Assembly: GCF_018977255.1 (NCBI RefSeq)
Contig: NW_024705414.1
Location: 1-46,527 of the forward strand
DNA length: 46,527 nt
Direction of reading: 5' to 3'
DNA from: Callorhinchus milii
Taxonomy: Eukaryota
The first letter of the stretch is position 1, and every line of letters starts with the position of its first letter. Of the stretch, positions 1 to 11,799 are shown one piece after another. The notes beneath the pieces are model-generated. The model did no database searches, was not told the DNA's origin, and saw only the letters and a program-made list of their open reading frames with translations. The translations under genes and the position numbers were made by a program.

Positions 1-144
1 TTACTCCAGACACAGACACACAGACACAGACACACACACAGACACAGACACAGACACACACAGAACGCACACACAACTCAGTCGGTAGGAACCCGCTTGT
101 CAGTCGATTGTGGGATCACTTTCCGGGGGTAACAACCCCTTCAA

Positions 145-177
<33 letters not shown>

Positions 178-325
178 TTGGTCGTCTCAACCCCCGACTG
201 TTTGCGGAGGACGTCGTTGGGCGCGGTCGCTTCGCCCACAAAAACGCGCAGTCACTACCCTTGACGGCGTATCCCGGGAAGCGCTTTGAGGCGTTGGGCC
301 GAAGGGCAGCATTGTTGCTGTTGAG
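1..325 (+). mobile_element. SINE family copy (5'-truncated by the window edge)
   Basis: TTACTCCA-(CA)n-GGAACCCGCTTGTCAGTCGATT-GATCACTTTCCGGGGGTAA-CAGTCACTAC-GAAGCGCTTTGAG, the same modular order as other copies in the window. Confidence 0.75.
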
Positions 326-494
326 TCACAAGGAAGGAAATTTGTCGCAAATACAGTCACTACACTCTCGCAGCCGAGCGACTGACTCACTTACAACTAT
401 TTCTGCTTTCCTTCAACAGGAAGAGATGAAGAGGGTGGGACCGAGCGAGTGAAAGAGGAGATACTCAACCGTGGTCAGCGGACAGAGCGAGAGA

Positions 495-531
<37 letters not shown>

Positions 532-592
532 CGAGACAGAGAGAGAGATAGACAGAGAGAGACAGAGAGAGAGCGCGAGCGACAGAGAGCGC

Positions 593-628
<36 letters not shown>

Positions 629-630
629 GC

Positions 631-664
<34 letters not shown>

Positions 665-959
665 CAGAACAAGAAAGAGTGAGAGAAAGAGAGAGAGAGA
701 GTAAAAGAGAAAGAGGAAGAGAGAAAGAAAGGAGAGAGTGAGAGAGAGACAGCGAACGTGAGCTCCAGTGGCTTCATCCCTTTATTTTTTTTTCACACGC
801 TCACTCCCTCGGCCTCTACTCCCCCCCACTCCCCCCCACTCCCCCCCCGTTACCCCCAGCCCCCAGGAGGGGGGGATGCGTCGCGCTTGCTGACCGGACA
901 GGGCAGTCGGAGAGTGACCCGAGCCATGGCTCAGTTGGTGGGGGAGAGGGGAGCCTGAC

Positions 960-1275
960 TCTCCGAGTGTAGTGACTGTGTGTTTTTGCGGGCGAAATGT
1001 GACAGCCAATTGCGCCCAGAGACCCCCCCCATTTTTTTTTGAGGGATTTTTACCCCCCGAAGAGCGATTCCCTCCGCCCCCCCCCCCATCGACTAACCAG
1101 CGGGTTCCTACTGACTGCTGGTAATCACAGGTGCGTGTGTGTGTGTGTGTGGGTGTGTGTGTGGGTGTGTGGGTGTGTGTGTGTCTAAGTGTGTGTGTGG
1201 GGGTTAAGGAAACTTGCCCACCATTTCGTCCCCCCGCCTGGGAATCGAACCCGGGTCCTCTTGCTTGCGAGACAA
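960..1275 (-). mobile_element. SINE family copy with tRNA-like head remnant
   Basis: Reverse complement contains GAGGACCCGGGTTCGATTCCC (B box), GGGCAAGTTTCCTTA, a (CA)n tract and the CAGTCACTACAC core. Confidence 0.7.
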
Positions 1276-1531
1276 GCGAGCGAGCGAGCGAGCGAGAGAG
1301 AGAGAGAGAGAGAAGGGGGAGGAGAGAGAGAGAGAGAGAGAGAGAGCGAGGAAGGAAGAAGTGGGTGCAAGAGGAAGAGGGAGAGAGGAGGGAGGACGGA
1401 GAGAGAGCGAGAGTGAGAGCGCGCGCGCGCGTGTGTGTAGTGTTCGTTCAGGAGCGCGTGAGAGCGAGAGCGAGAGAGAGAGAGAAGAGGAGAGGCCGAG
1501 AGAAGAACGAGTGAGGGAGTGAACGAGAGAG

Positions 1532-1570
<39 letters not shown>

Positions 1571-1576
1571 AAAAAA

Positions 1577-2665
1577 ATGTGCAATGTCAGCCAAGACAGC
1601 TGCAACATCGACTCGCGGTTAGACAGCCTCTTCCCTCCGACCCTCTACATCTTCGTGATGGTGATCGGGTTCCCCACCAACTGCCTGTCCCTCTGGGCGG
1701 CCTTCGTCCAGGTCCGTCAGAAGAACGAGCTGGGGGTCTACCTGCTGAACCTGTCGATCTCCGACCTGCTGTACATCGCCACCTTGCCCCCCTGGGTCAA
1801 CTACTTCCTCCACCAGGACAACTGGATCCACGGGCCCGAGTCCTGCAAGCTCTTCGGCTTCATCCTCTACACCAACATCTACATCAGCATTGGGTTCCTC
1901 TCCTGCATCTCCGTGGACCGTTACCTGGCAGTCGCCCACCCGCTGAAGTTCGCCAAGGTCCGGCGGGTCAAGACGGCCGCCGTGGTGAGCGCCGTGGTCT
2001 GGGCCATCGAGATCGGGGCGAATTCGGCCCCACTCTTCCACAACGAGCTCTTCGAGGACCGGTTCAACCACACCTTCTGCTTCGAGAAGTACCCCATGGA
2101 GGACTGGGTGGCTCAGATGAACCTCTACCGGGTTTTTGTGGGCTTCCTGTTCCCCTGGGTGCTGATGCTCTTCTGCTACCAGGGCATCCTCCGAGCCGTG
2201 AAGACCAACGTCTCGACCGAGCGGGAGGAGAAGGCCAAGATCAAGCGCTTGGCCCTCAGCCTCATCGCCATCCTCCTCTTCTGCTTCGCCCCCTACCACC
2301 TCATCCTCCTCTCCCGCAGCGTGGTCTACCTGGGCCAACCCTGCGACTGCACCTTCGAGGAGAACATCTTCACTGCCTACCACGTCTCGCTGGCTCTGAC
2401 CAGCCTGAACTGCGTGGCCGACCCCATCCTGTACTGCCTGGCCAACGAGGGGGCTCGCAGCGAGGTGACCAGGGGCCTGGCCCCCCTCATGAAGTTCTTC
2501 AGTGCCTCCAGGCCTAATATGGACTCGTTCGCCCGCTCGGTCACCCTGGACACCCCCCTGGTCTTCAAGAAGGGCAGCTGCTCCTTCACCTCGGAGCTGG
2601 TCACTTTGCGGACAGACAGGGGGCCGGGGTCGGAGATCGAGGGTCAGGAGGCGGAGGGATTGTAA
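1577..2665 (+). CDS. GPR4: G protein-coupled receptor 4 (proton-sensing class A GPCR), single coding exon, 362 aa
   Basis: 7-TM ORF with [11 protein letters not shown] (DRY) and NCVADPILY (DPxxY). GPR4-typical segments [54 protein letters not shown] and TLDTPL. Synteny with the other 19q13-type genes in the window. Confidence 0.96.
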   Translation: MCNVSQDSCNIDSRLDSLFPPTLYIFVMVIGFPTNCLSLWAAFVQVRQKNELGVYLLNLSISDLLYIATLPPWVNYFLHQDNWIHGPESCKLFGFILYTNIYISIGFLSCISVDRYLAVAHPLKFAKVRRVKTAAVVSAVVWAIEIGANSAPLFHNELFEDRFNHTFCFEKYPMEDWVAQMNLYRVFVGFLFPWVLMLFCYQGILRAVKTNVSTEREEKAKIKRLALSLIAILLFCFAPYHLILLSRSVVYLGQPCDCTFEENIFTAYHVSLALTSLNCVADPILYCLANEGARSEVTRGLAPLMKFFSASRPNMDSFARSVTLDTPLVFKKGSCSFTSELVTLRTDRGPGSEIEGQEAEGL

Positions 2666-3334
2666 ATGTCCGGGGCCTGTCTCGCGTCCCCGTTTCCTTC
2701 CCCCCCCCCCCCACTCGTGGGACGCAAGCGTGATGGAGGCGTGTGCTATCGGTGGTGTTATTTAAGGAAGAACTTCATTCCACCCTCACCCCCTCCCCCT
2801 AACCCCCCTCCCCCCAAGCCTCATCCCTTCCCCCTAACACCCCTCCCCAAGCCCCTCCCCCCTAATGCCCCTCCCTCCAAGCCTCAACACCCTAACCCCC
2901 CTCCGCCCCAAGCCCCATCCCCTCTCCCCCCTAACCCCCCTCACCCCAAACACCAGCCCCCTCCCCCTTAATCCCCCATCCCCCAAGCCCCACCCCACTC
3001 CCCCTAACCCCCCCTCCCCCCAAGCCCCACCCCCTGCCCCCTAACCCCCCCTCCCCCAAGCCCCACCCCCCCCCCCCCATGATGAATCGTAGAGATTTAT
3101 TTATGAAAATTAAATTTACAAAAATCAAATGGCAATAATATAAGGAAATGACATTTATAATAATTATACGGTTACTCAGAGAAGAGAAAGCGATGTCGAT
3201 ATTCAGGAATGTTTCGGGGGCGGAACACGGCGGCCGATCGCGTACCGCAAACCACACAGTCACTACACTTTACCGTGTATCCTGTGAAGCGCTCTAAGAC
3301 GCCTCGAAGACGTGACAACAACAACTTGCTTAGT

Positions 3335-3630
3335 GTGGACGGACGCACAGTGTAGAGGGAGCTTTACTGTGTCCCTAACCCTGACCCATGGGAGTGTAGT
3401 GACTGTGTGTTACTGTGTCTCTAACCCTGACCCCTGGGAGTGTAGTGACTGTGTGTTACTGTGTCTCTAACCCTGACCCATGGGAGTGTAGTGACTGTGT
3501 GTTACTGTGTCTCTAACCCTGACCCCTGGGAGTGTAGTGACTGTGTGTTACTGTGTCTCTAACCCTGACCCTGGGGAGTGTGGACGGACGCCCAGTGCAG
3601 AGAGAGCTTTACTGTGTCTCTAACCTGTGC
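3335..3630. repeat. 46-bp tandem repeat (~4 copies) within a longer dispersed repeat
   Basis: Unit GGGAGTGTAGTGACTGTGTGTTACTGTGTCTCTAACCCTGACCC(A/C)T, flanked by AGTGTGGACGGACGC...GAGCTTTACTGTGTC. Related single copy at ~31850-31930. Confidence 0.9.
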
Positions 3631-5114
3631 TCCCGCTGACCTGGGATAAACCTCGTCCCAGTTTCCTTCCCGAGGCCAAAATTCCTGGTCTGTTTTCGGA
3701 ACAAACATAAACAAAGCCGGGAAGCCGTGTTTATTGCTCTTCTCCTCCCCCTCAGATCCCAGCACTGATCTTCGTCCAAGTTCCATCTGCCAACCAACCC
3801 ACCCACCCACCCACCCCCCCCCCGCTTTTTTCCCCTCTTATTTCCCCCCCTCGCTCTCTCTCTCTCTCCCCATCCACTTTCTTCCCCTCTTATTTCCCCC
3901 CTCATTCTCTCTCTCTCTCCCTCCACTTTCTTCCCTTCTTATTTCCCCCCTCTTCTCCCCCTTGTATTTAATCTCCCCCTCCCACCTTCTCCCCCAACTT
4001 ATTTCTCCCTCCCACCTCTCCCTCCCTCCCACTGCTCTCTCTCCCTCCCTCCCTCCCTCTCGTCTCTCCCTCCCTCCTTTCCTCCCTCCCTCCCTCCCTT
4101 TCATCTCTCCCTCCCTCCCTTTCATCTCTCCCTCCCTCCCTCCCCCCCTCCCTCTCATCTCTCCCTCCCTTTCATCTCTCCCTCCCTCTCATCTCTCCCT
4201 CCCTCTCATCTCTCCCTCCCTCGTTCTGTCCGGCTGACATTCCACGGGTCTGGAATCTGTTTACGAGGGAATGAATGGACAGTTGGAAGATGGAGCTGGA
4301 ACTGGGAACGGGATCACAGCTCGGTTATTCCCAGTGGAATCTGGGAGCCAAGTGGTTCACACGCTCCCTGGACACAGGCAGTGACACAGACCTAAGGGCG
4401 GGGGGTGGGGGGGGTGGGTCAGGCTCAGGACATAACCCCCACCCCCACCCCCCACATCTCGAACACGTGATGAGACGCTTTATCAAATACAAAGATTATT
4501 ATTAATAAAAAATGGTCAAACCAGTCAGAGAACCAGACAGGTGGGCAGCCTCGTTTATCCGAGCACTGGTAGTAGTGCGTGTGCGTGTGCGTGTCTGTTT
4601 GTGCGTGTGAGTGTCTGTGTGTGTGTGTCTGTGTGTGTTTGAGTCTGGGTGTGTGAGTCTGTGTGCATGTGTCCGTGTGAGTCTGTGTGACTATGTGTCT
4701 GTGTGTGTGAGACTATGTGTGCGCGTCCATGTGTGTGTGTGTATGCGAGTGTGCATCCATGCGTGTGTATGCGAGTGTGTGTCCATGTGTGTGCATGCGA
4801 GTGTGTTTGTGCCCAAGTCTGTGAGTGCGAGTCTACGTATGTGCGTGTGTCAGTCTGTGTGTGTCAGTCTATGTACGTGAGTGTGTGCGCGCGCCTGAGT
4901 CTGTGTGCGTGAGTCTGTGTGCGTGAGTCTGTGTGGGTGTGTTGCGTGTGCGTGTGTATTCCCAGTCATGGCTCAGCGGTCAGGACAGGGAGTTCTGAGT
5001 GTAGACTGACACTACCCAGAAGATCAGGGACACAGATTAGAAGAAGGCTCTGTGTTTAATAAACATAAGACAACTCAACCCATCACAGGTCCCAGAGCTT
5101 CTCCCTCAGGGCAA

Positions 5115-5396
5115 TCAGATTAGAGTAGAGAGCTCCAGTGTGAGGGGGAGCGAGCCCCAGCATAGACACGATGGGGGGAAAGAGAGAGAGAGAGAGAGGG
5201 GAATGGGGTTAGGGTAAGAGCGTTCCATTGGGGGAGTGAGCCCCAGCCACAGACATGATGGGGGGAGAGATAGAGAGAGAGAGAGAGCGGGGGAGAGGAA
5301 TGGGGTTAAGGTAGAGAGCTCTAGTGGGGGAGCAAACCCCAGCACAGACACGATGGGGAGAGAGAACGAGGGCGAGAAAGAGACTGTGCGAGAGAG

Positions 5397-5432
<36 letters not shown>

Positions 5433-5618
5433 CGGAGGGGAATGGGGTTCGACTAGAGAGCTCCAGTATTAGGGGGAGCGAGCCCCAGCCACAGACATGA
5501 TGGGGAGAGAGAGAGAGAGAGAGAGAGAGCGCGCGGGGTTGGGGGGAATGGGGTTCGGGTGGAGAGTGCCAGTGTGAGGGGGGGGGAGTGAGCCCCAGCA
5601 CAGACACGATGGGGGGGG

Positions 5619-5653
<35 letters not shown>

Positions 5654-5740
5654 CAGGAGGGGGTTCGGGTAGAGAGCGCCAGTGTGAGGGGGGGGGGGGG
5701 GGGGGAGCGAGCCCCAGACACAGTGGCCCCCCCCATCGTG
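5115..5740. repeat. Imperfect ~90-130-bp tandem repeat (~6 copies) with variable (GA)n
   Basis: Recurrent AGAGAGCTCCAGTG...GAGCCCCAGCACAGACACGATGGGG...(GA)n...GGAATGGGGTT. Confidence 0.85.
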
Positions 5741-6341
5741 TCTGTAAAAACTCACTCCCAGAAAAAAAACTTTCCCACAAACTTTTGCCACCGACTCCGC
5801 CGCACCCTCCGCCGGGAATCTCACCGACGCCAACGACTTTAACAATAATTAATAACGATATTAACAATACTTTAGATAACAATCCGTCACGGGGATTTTA
5901 ATGATAATCCTGGCGTTGGGACACCCCCCACCCACCTCCCCCACCTCCCTCCCCCCCTCCCCCCCCACCGGCCCCTTATCGCGTCTTCCGAGACGTCTCG
6001 AAGCCCTCCACGGGACACGCTGTCGAGTGTGGTGACTGTGCGCTCGATTGGGCTCGGGCCCTGGGGTGCCTGAACGCCAGGATTATTAGTGATTGCGGTC
6101 AACTGGCATGCAAGCCAACAAATCCATTGACCCCCCCCCACCCCCACCAACCCCCCCATCCCACACACTACCCCCCCTCTGCCCTGCCCTCCCCTTCCCC
6201 CCCCCCCACCACCACACACACACAATATCTCCCCAAGTTTTGGGAGGTTTGTGGGGTGGGGGCAACCGATCCCAAGTCTTTGGGAAGAATTAAGTCCTCA
6301 TCACTGAGGAAGACAGTGATGATGATGAAGGTTTGCGGACG

Positions 6342-7249
6342 TCACATTCTCTCCTTCTTTACCTTTTTCTTCTTCCTCTTGTGGGAGGACTTGGGGGGCT
6401 GTGGGGGAGGGGTCTCCTCCCGCTCGCCCTCCTCGCTCTCGGCCTCCCCCGCCTCTTCCTGGTCTCTCTTCCTCTTCTTCTTCTTCTTCTTCTTCTTTCT
6501 CTTCTTCTTCCGCTTGGAACCTTCTCCCTCCCCCTCCTCCTCCTCCTCTTCCTCCTCACGGGAAGCCTTCTCGGGAGTGGGGAGCGGAGGGTGGGCTCCG
6601 AAGGGCTGGAAGCGCTGCTTCAACCCCTCGGGAATGGGGGGCAGGGGTCTGGGGGGGATGGGGTGCAGCTCCCCCCCCTCCCCCTCCTCGCCCTCCGCTT
6701 CGTCGCTGAAGCTCTCGGCCACGGTGATGCAGCCGGCGAACTCTCGCTGGGTCTTCCCGGCCCCCAGGAGCCGGGCCCCGACCGGACCCCCGAGGGTCCC
6801 GAACACTCCGTACGTCTGTCGCTTGCCCCCCGACTCCGTCGGCACCGTCTGGAAGCCCACCAGCGGCACCCGCTTCCCGGCAAAACTACCGCAAGCAAAC
6901 AAACAAACGCACAAACAAACAAAATAAACAATAAAATAAATAATACAACAAACAAACAAATAAAATAAACAGTAAAATAAATAATAAAACAAACCAAAAA
7001 AATAAACAATAAAATAAACGACAAAACAACCACAACAACTTGCATTTACGCATAGCGTTCCTCGCGCAGGGCGGAGTGGCAGAGCTTTTATTAATAATAT
7101 TAATAATGAATAATATTAATAACATTAATATTAATAAAAAATAATGTTAATAATATTAATAAAACAAACCCCCGTTTACCCCCCTCCGCTCCCCCCGACT
7201 CCCCACAAGTCTCAAAGCAGCCCCGAGCTCCCACGCCCCCCCCCCCCCC

Positions 7250-7283
<34 letters not shown>

Positions 7284-8114
7284 TCTGTGGGGTGAAGTTT
7301 GCGGGGGCTCTGATCAGCCACAGCTCAGCGTCGGTGTCCGCCACCGTCTTCCGCTTCAGACCCCGAGACAACGGGCATCGGGTGAAGTCCGGCGGGCAAG
7401 GGAAGCTGGTGCCAACGTCTGGGGGTGGTGGGGGGGGCAACAACAAGAGGGGCAAAAAGGTCAGTAACATTTCCCAAAATGTGGGTCGTAATCAATTAGC
7501 CCCCCCCACCCCCACCCCTTGGCACTGCCCCCCCTGCCCACACACACCGCCCCTCCCCCACCCCCCCACCCTCCCCTTTGGGCGAGAGATAAAAAAAACA
7601 AGCGGAATAGCAATAAAAAAACAATATGGATTAATTAACAATTAGAATTGCGTTTGATCCAGCGCCCGATCACGTGTAGTGACTGTGCGTGTGACTCGGG
7701 GGCCAAACCCGGCAGCCGATCGCGCCCGGCGACGTCCCCACAAACAGCCGCGGGGGTCGAAGCCACCGAATTATTATTGTTTCGAAGGGATTATTACCCC
7801 CGAAAAGTGATCCCCCAATCGCCTGACAAGCGACTGACTACCGGGGACACAGGCATGTGGGTGTGTGTGTGTGTGTCTGTGTGTGTATGTGTCTGTGTGT
7901 GTCTGTATGTATGTGTGTGTCCGTGTGCTTGTGTGGGCTCGAACCCACAACCTCTTGACTGGGTCAGGCTGACACCTGATCATTGAGACAAACCTTCATC
8001 CACCTCTACTGTCTCTTGGGCTGGTGTCGTCTGGTCTTGTCCTGTGCTCACCTGCGTCTCCTCCTCACTCGTCTCACCCTCGCTACTCGACACCACCCAC
8101 TGCTTCCTGTTCAT
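6342..8114 (-). CDS. POLR1G: RNA polymerase I subunit G (RPA34/PAF49/CD3EAP), 3 coding exons, ~266 aa
   Basis: Exons 8114-7994 (tentative; MNRKQWVVSSSEGETSEEE...VDE, phase-1 donor G|GTTTGT), 7418-7283 (FPCPPDF...DAELWLIRAPANFTPQ; AG/GT flanks) and 6885-6342 (SFAGKRVPL...LHPIPPRPLPPIPEGLKQRFQPFG, K/E-rich tail, TGA). Phases are compatible and the total is 801 nt. Motifs match the RPA34.5 family as I recall it (FSCPPNF, ELWLIQAP, IPPGLRPRF). Confidence 0.88.
7660..7860 (-). mobile_element. SINE family copy (in putative POLR1G intron 1)
   Basis: GTGTAGTGACTGTG...GGCGACGTCCCCACAAACAGCCG...GAAGGGATTATTACCCC...AAAGTGATCCCCCAATCGCCTGACAAGCG, near-identical to the copies at 10430-10690 and 12010-12260. 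Confidence 0.8.
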
Positions 8115-8629
8115 CTCTCCCTCCCTCCCTCTCAGCCACACTCTCCCCCTCACCTCCCCTCTCCCTCACCTCCCTCTACTCCCCACTCCCACTCTCCTCG
8201 TCCCTCCGGCTGTTTACACTCTGGCTGCCTCACACCAGACTCTCCTCCGCTGTGTATTCTGCTCTGCTCCTCGCAGGGCCCTGTGTTGGTACTGTGTAAA
8301 CTGTGTACCGTGTATGCTAAACTGTCCCTCGTACGCACTCAAGTGTCCTGTGTACACTCTGGGTGTTCTGTCCCCTGTATACAAGCTTTAGCCCTCTCAA
8401 CAGCGTCCTGTACACAGTGTTTTAACTCTCTGCTCCATGTACACACGCACTAACACGTGCACACTCTATCTCAGTAGTTTCCTGTACACATACTGTGTAG
8501 TTCTCTGTCGCTGTATATACACACACACTTGGGGTATATATACACACACGCGAGTGCCTTGGGATGTCCTCCCGACGTGAAAGGCGCTACTACACAGATG
8601 TAACGTTGTTGCTATAACCGTCTGTCACC

Positions 8630-9325
8630 TTCTGCCCGTGTGTACACACACACACTGTATACACTGTATCTCTCTGTTGCCTGTGTACACACTGTATCTC
8701 TGTGTATACACACACACACAGTAACAATGTATGCTCTGCCCCCTTGTGTACACACAAACACTGTAACACTGTATCCTCCGGCCCCTGTGTACACACTGTA
8801 TCCCTTGTGTACACACACAGAATCCCCCGTATACACACACACCGTAACAATGTACCCCCTGTACACACTGTATCCCCTGTACACACTGTGTCACTGTATC
8901 CCCTGTACACAGTAACACTGTATCTCCTGTACACACTATAACACTGTATCCCCTGTACAGTAACACTGTATCCCCTGTACACACAGTAACACTGTATCCC
9001 CTGTACACACAGTAACACTGTATCCCCTGTACACACAGTAACACTGTATCCCCTGTACACACAGTAACACTGTATCCCCTGTAACACTGTATCCTCTGTA
9101 CACACTGTGACACTGTATCCCCTGTAACACTGTATCCTCTGTACACACAGTAACACTGTATCCCCTGTACACACAGTAACACTGTATCCCCTGTACACAC
9201 TGTATCCCCTGTACACACTGTGACACTGTATCCTCTGTACACACTGTGACACTGTATCCTCTGTACACACTGTGACACTGTAACCTCTGTGTGTACACAG
9301 AGACGGTAACAATGTATCCCTTCCT
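8630..9325. repeat. ~26-bp minisatellite
   Basis: CAGTAACACTGTATCCCCTGTACACA and variants, repeated many times. Confidence 0.92.
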
Positions 9326-10429
9326 GTGCTCTCCACGTGCTGCAGATTCTGTATGAATGGCCCTGGATCACTCCACTGCCTCACGTGGGTGGAGAGAGGG
9401 GGGGTGTGGGGGGGGTGTGGGGGGGAGAGAGCAGTTACTAACTCCCTTTCCTCCTCACCAACTGCCCCCCACTCCCTCTCCCCCCTCTCCCCCTCATTGC
9501 CCGGAGCTTCCCGGACATTCCCAGCTCCCGAGGTGCCTCAGTTGAAGGGTTAATGGAGCTCTCCCCCCCCCCTCCGCCCCTCCAGAGTGGGACAGTCCGG
9601 GACTCCACCATTACTCAGTGGGGGAGGGATTTTATTTTACGGGTTAAAAAAAACACAGTTGTGGCATTTATCGGCCCCGACGGCCGCCGCGGGTCGTGTT
9701 TTGCGGTCGAGTTGTACCCGTCCCGTGTGTTCTGCGGTGTTTCGTTGCGGTATTGGGCGTTGGAATGAAGCGGAACATCACTCGCCCCCCCCAGAGGTTT
9801 GCGCGGAATGGATTAGTCTCCGCGTCTTAAAGGGACCCGACTCGACCCGTCCATTGGTGACAAAATGGGAAGGACGGGGGGGGGGGAGAGGGGGGGATCC
9901 TGATTTCTCTGCCACACACACACACACAGAGTCTGTAAAGTCATTGCTCCTCCGTTGTGAGTCGCTGTCCTCCGTTGTTTCCGGATCGATCCAATCATTT
10001 CTTCCCTCTATTTTGCAGGAAATTGGGTAACTCACCTCTCCTCCCCCCCCACACGCGCTGTGAGATGGTTTATTCCGGAGACCACGTGATTTAAAGGGGA
10101 GGGAGCGGCGGATTTCTCTCTCTGCCGACAGTAATTAATACACATCAATTGCTTTATTATATTATAGTTATTATATTATTTTATATTATTGTTATATTAT
10201 ATTATTATTTTATTCTATTATCATTATATTATTATTTTATATTTTATTATATTATTATTGTATTATTATTTTATATTATTGTTATATATTATTATTTTAT
10301 TATATTATCATTATATTATTTTATTATATTATTTTATTATATTATTGTTACATTATTATTGTATTATTATTAATATAACCACAGTAATTAATAATAGCAA
10401 TAATAATCATCATCATCATCATCATCTTT

Positions 10430-10690
10430 ATCCCGGGGTGTGACCCCGGCGCCCGATCGCGTCCTCGAGACGTCTCAAAGCGCTTCACGGGACACGCTGT
10501 CGAGTGTAGTGACTGTGCGTGTGTTTCGGGGGCCAAACCGCAGCAGCCGACCGCGCCCGGCGACGTCCCCACAAACAGCCGCCGGGGTTGAAGCGACCGA
10601 ATTATTATTGTTTTGAAGGGACTGTTACCCCCGAAAAGTGATCCCCCAATCGCCTGACAAGCGACTGACTGCCGGGGACACAGGCGTGTG
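10430..10690 (-). mobile_element. SINE family copy
   Basis: GAGACGTCTCAAAGCGCTTCACGGGACACGCTGTCGAGTGTAGTGACTG core plus downstream block shared with other copies. Confidence 0.8.
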
Positions 10691-11241
10691 CGTGTGCGTG
10701 TCTGTGCGTGTGTGTGGGTGTCTGTGTGTGTGCGTGTCTGTGCGTGTGTGTGGAAACTTACACAACCAGCTGTGAGGAACATTTCAAAGTAATAAAAAAA
10801 ATTTATTAATAATTTAAAACGTTAACTACTCGCCAACAATAATCTAGAGAATCTGAGACTGAACCCGAGTGAGGGGGTGGGGGGGTGGGGGGGGGCATTG
10901 GACATCGCAGAGTTTACTGGAGTGTGGGTGGGGAGGGGGGGAGGGGGGAAGTGACGTTACCCCCACCCTCTGATCTCTGCTCTGTCCTCACCCCCCCCAC
11001 CGCCCACCGCCCAAAGCGCCCGATCACGTCACCGAGACGTCTCGAAGCGCTGTGTTTTGGGGGCCAAACCCGGCAGCCAATTGCGCCCCAACAACGACAA
11101 CAACAAAATTACAGCGACGTCCCCACAAACAGCCGCGGGGGCGGGGGCGGGGGGGGGTTATTATTGCTTTGAAGGGATTATTACCCCCGGAAAGTGATCC
11201 CTCGTGGACTGACAAGCGGGTTCCCACTGACAGGCGTGTGT

Positions 11242-11274
<33 letters not shown>

Positions 11275-11303
11275 GGGGGGGGGGGGGAATAAGGAGACTT
11301 GCC

Positions 11304-11336
<33 letters not shown>

Positions 11337-11799
11337 CCACAATGTCCGCCTGTAAACAGTCGTTGCTTCGCTCGCGCACACGGCATCGGGATATCACCAC
11401 GGCATCCATCCCGGGAATGTGCCGACTTCACACCGGCCCCCGGCCCCGGACCTGCAAACAGTCCCAAACACACCAGCCGTCAGACTGACACACACACACA
11501 CACAACCACACGCGCACACACTCGCAACACACACACGCATGTGTCTGCGTGTGCTTGTCTGTGTCTGCGTAGGTCTGTGCGTGCGTAGGTCTGTGCGTGC
11601 GTGTGTCTGTGCGTGCGTGTGTCTGTGCGTGCGTGTGTCTGCGTGTGTCTGCGTGTGCTTGTCTGCGTCTGCGCAGGTCTGCGTGTGCGTGTGTCTGTGT
11701 GCGCGTGTGTGTCCCTCGCCCCACCACCGCCCCCCCCCCCGCTGTGCGCGGTTACCTGTGGGGGCCGGGGCGTGTGTCCGGGTGTAGCCGGGGCGTGTG

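Noticed and set aside
1519..2517. Overlapping alternative-frame and antisense ORFs over GPR4 (likewise over FoxG and FBXO46)
   Set aside because: These are expected shadow ORFs of GC3-rich coding sequence, with no recognisable domains.
2785..3080. Interstitial telomeric repeat (CCCTAA words; also 43345-43870)
   Set aside because: The CCCTAA/TAACCC hexamers are isolated within C-rich low-complexity or minisatellite units, not tandem (TTAGGG)n.
8590..9384. Cys/Tyr-rich repetitive ORFs (also 25689-26105, 20491-21211 and 41166-41744)
   Set aside because: They are translations of minisatellites or microsatellites, open in several frames, with no gene structure.
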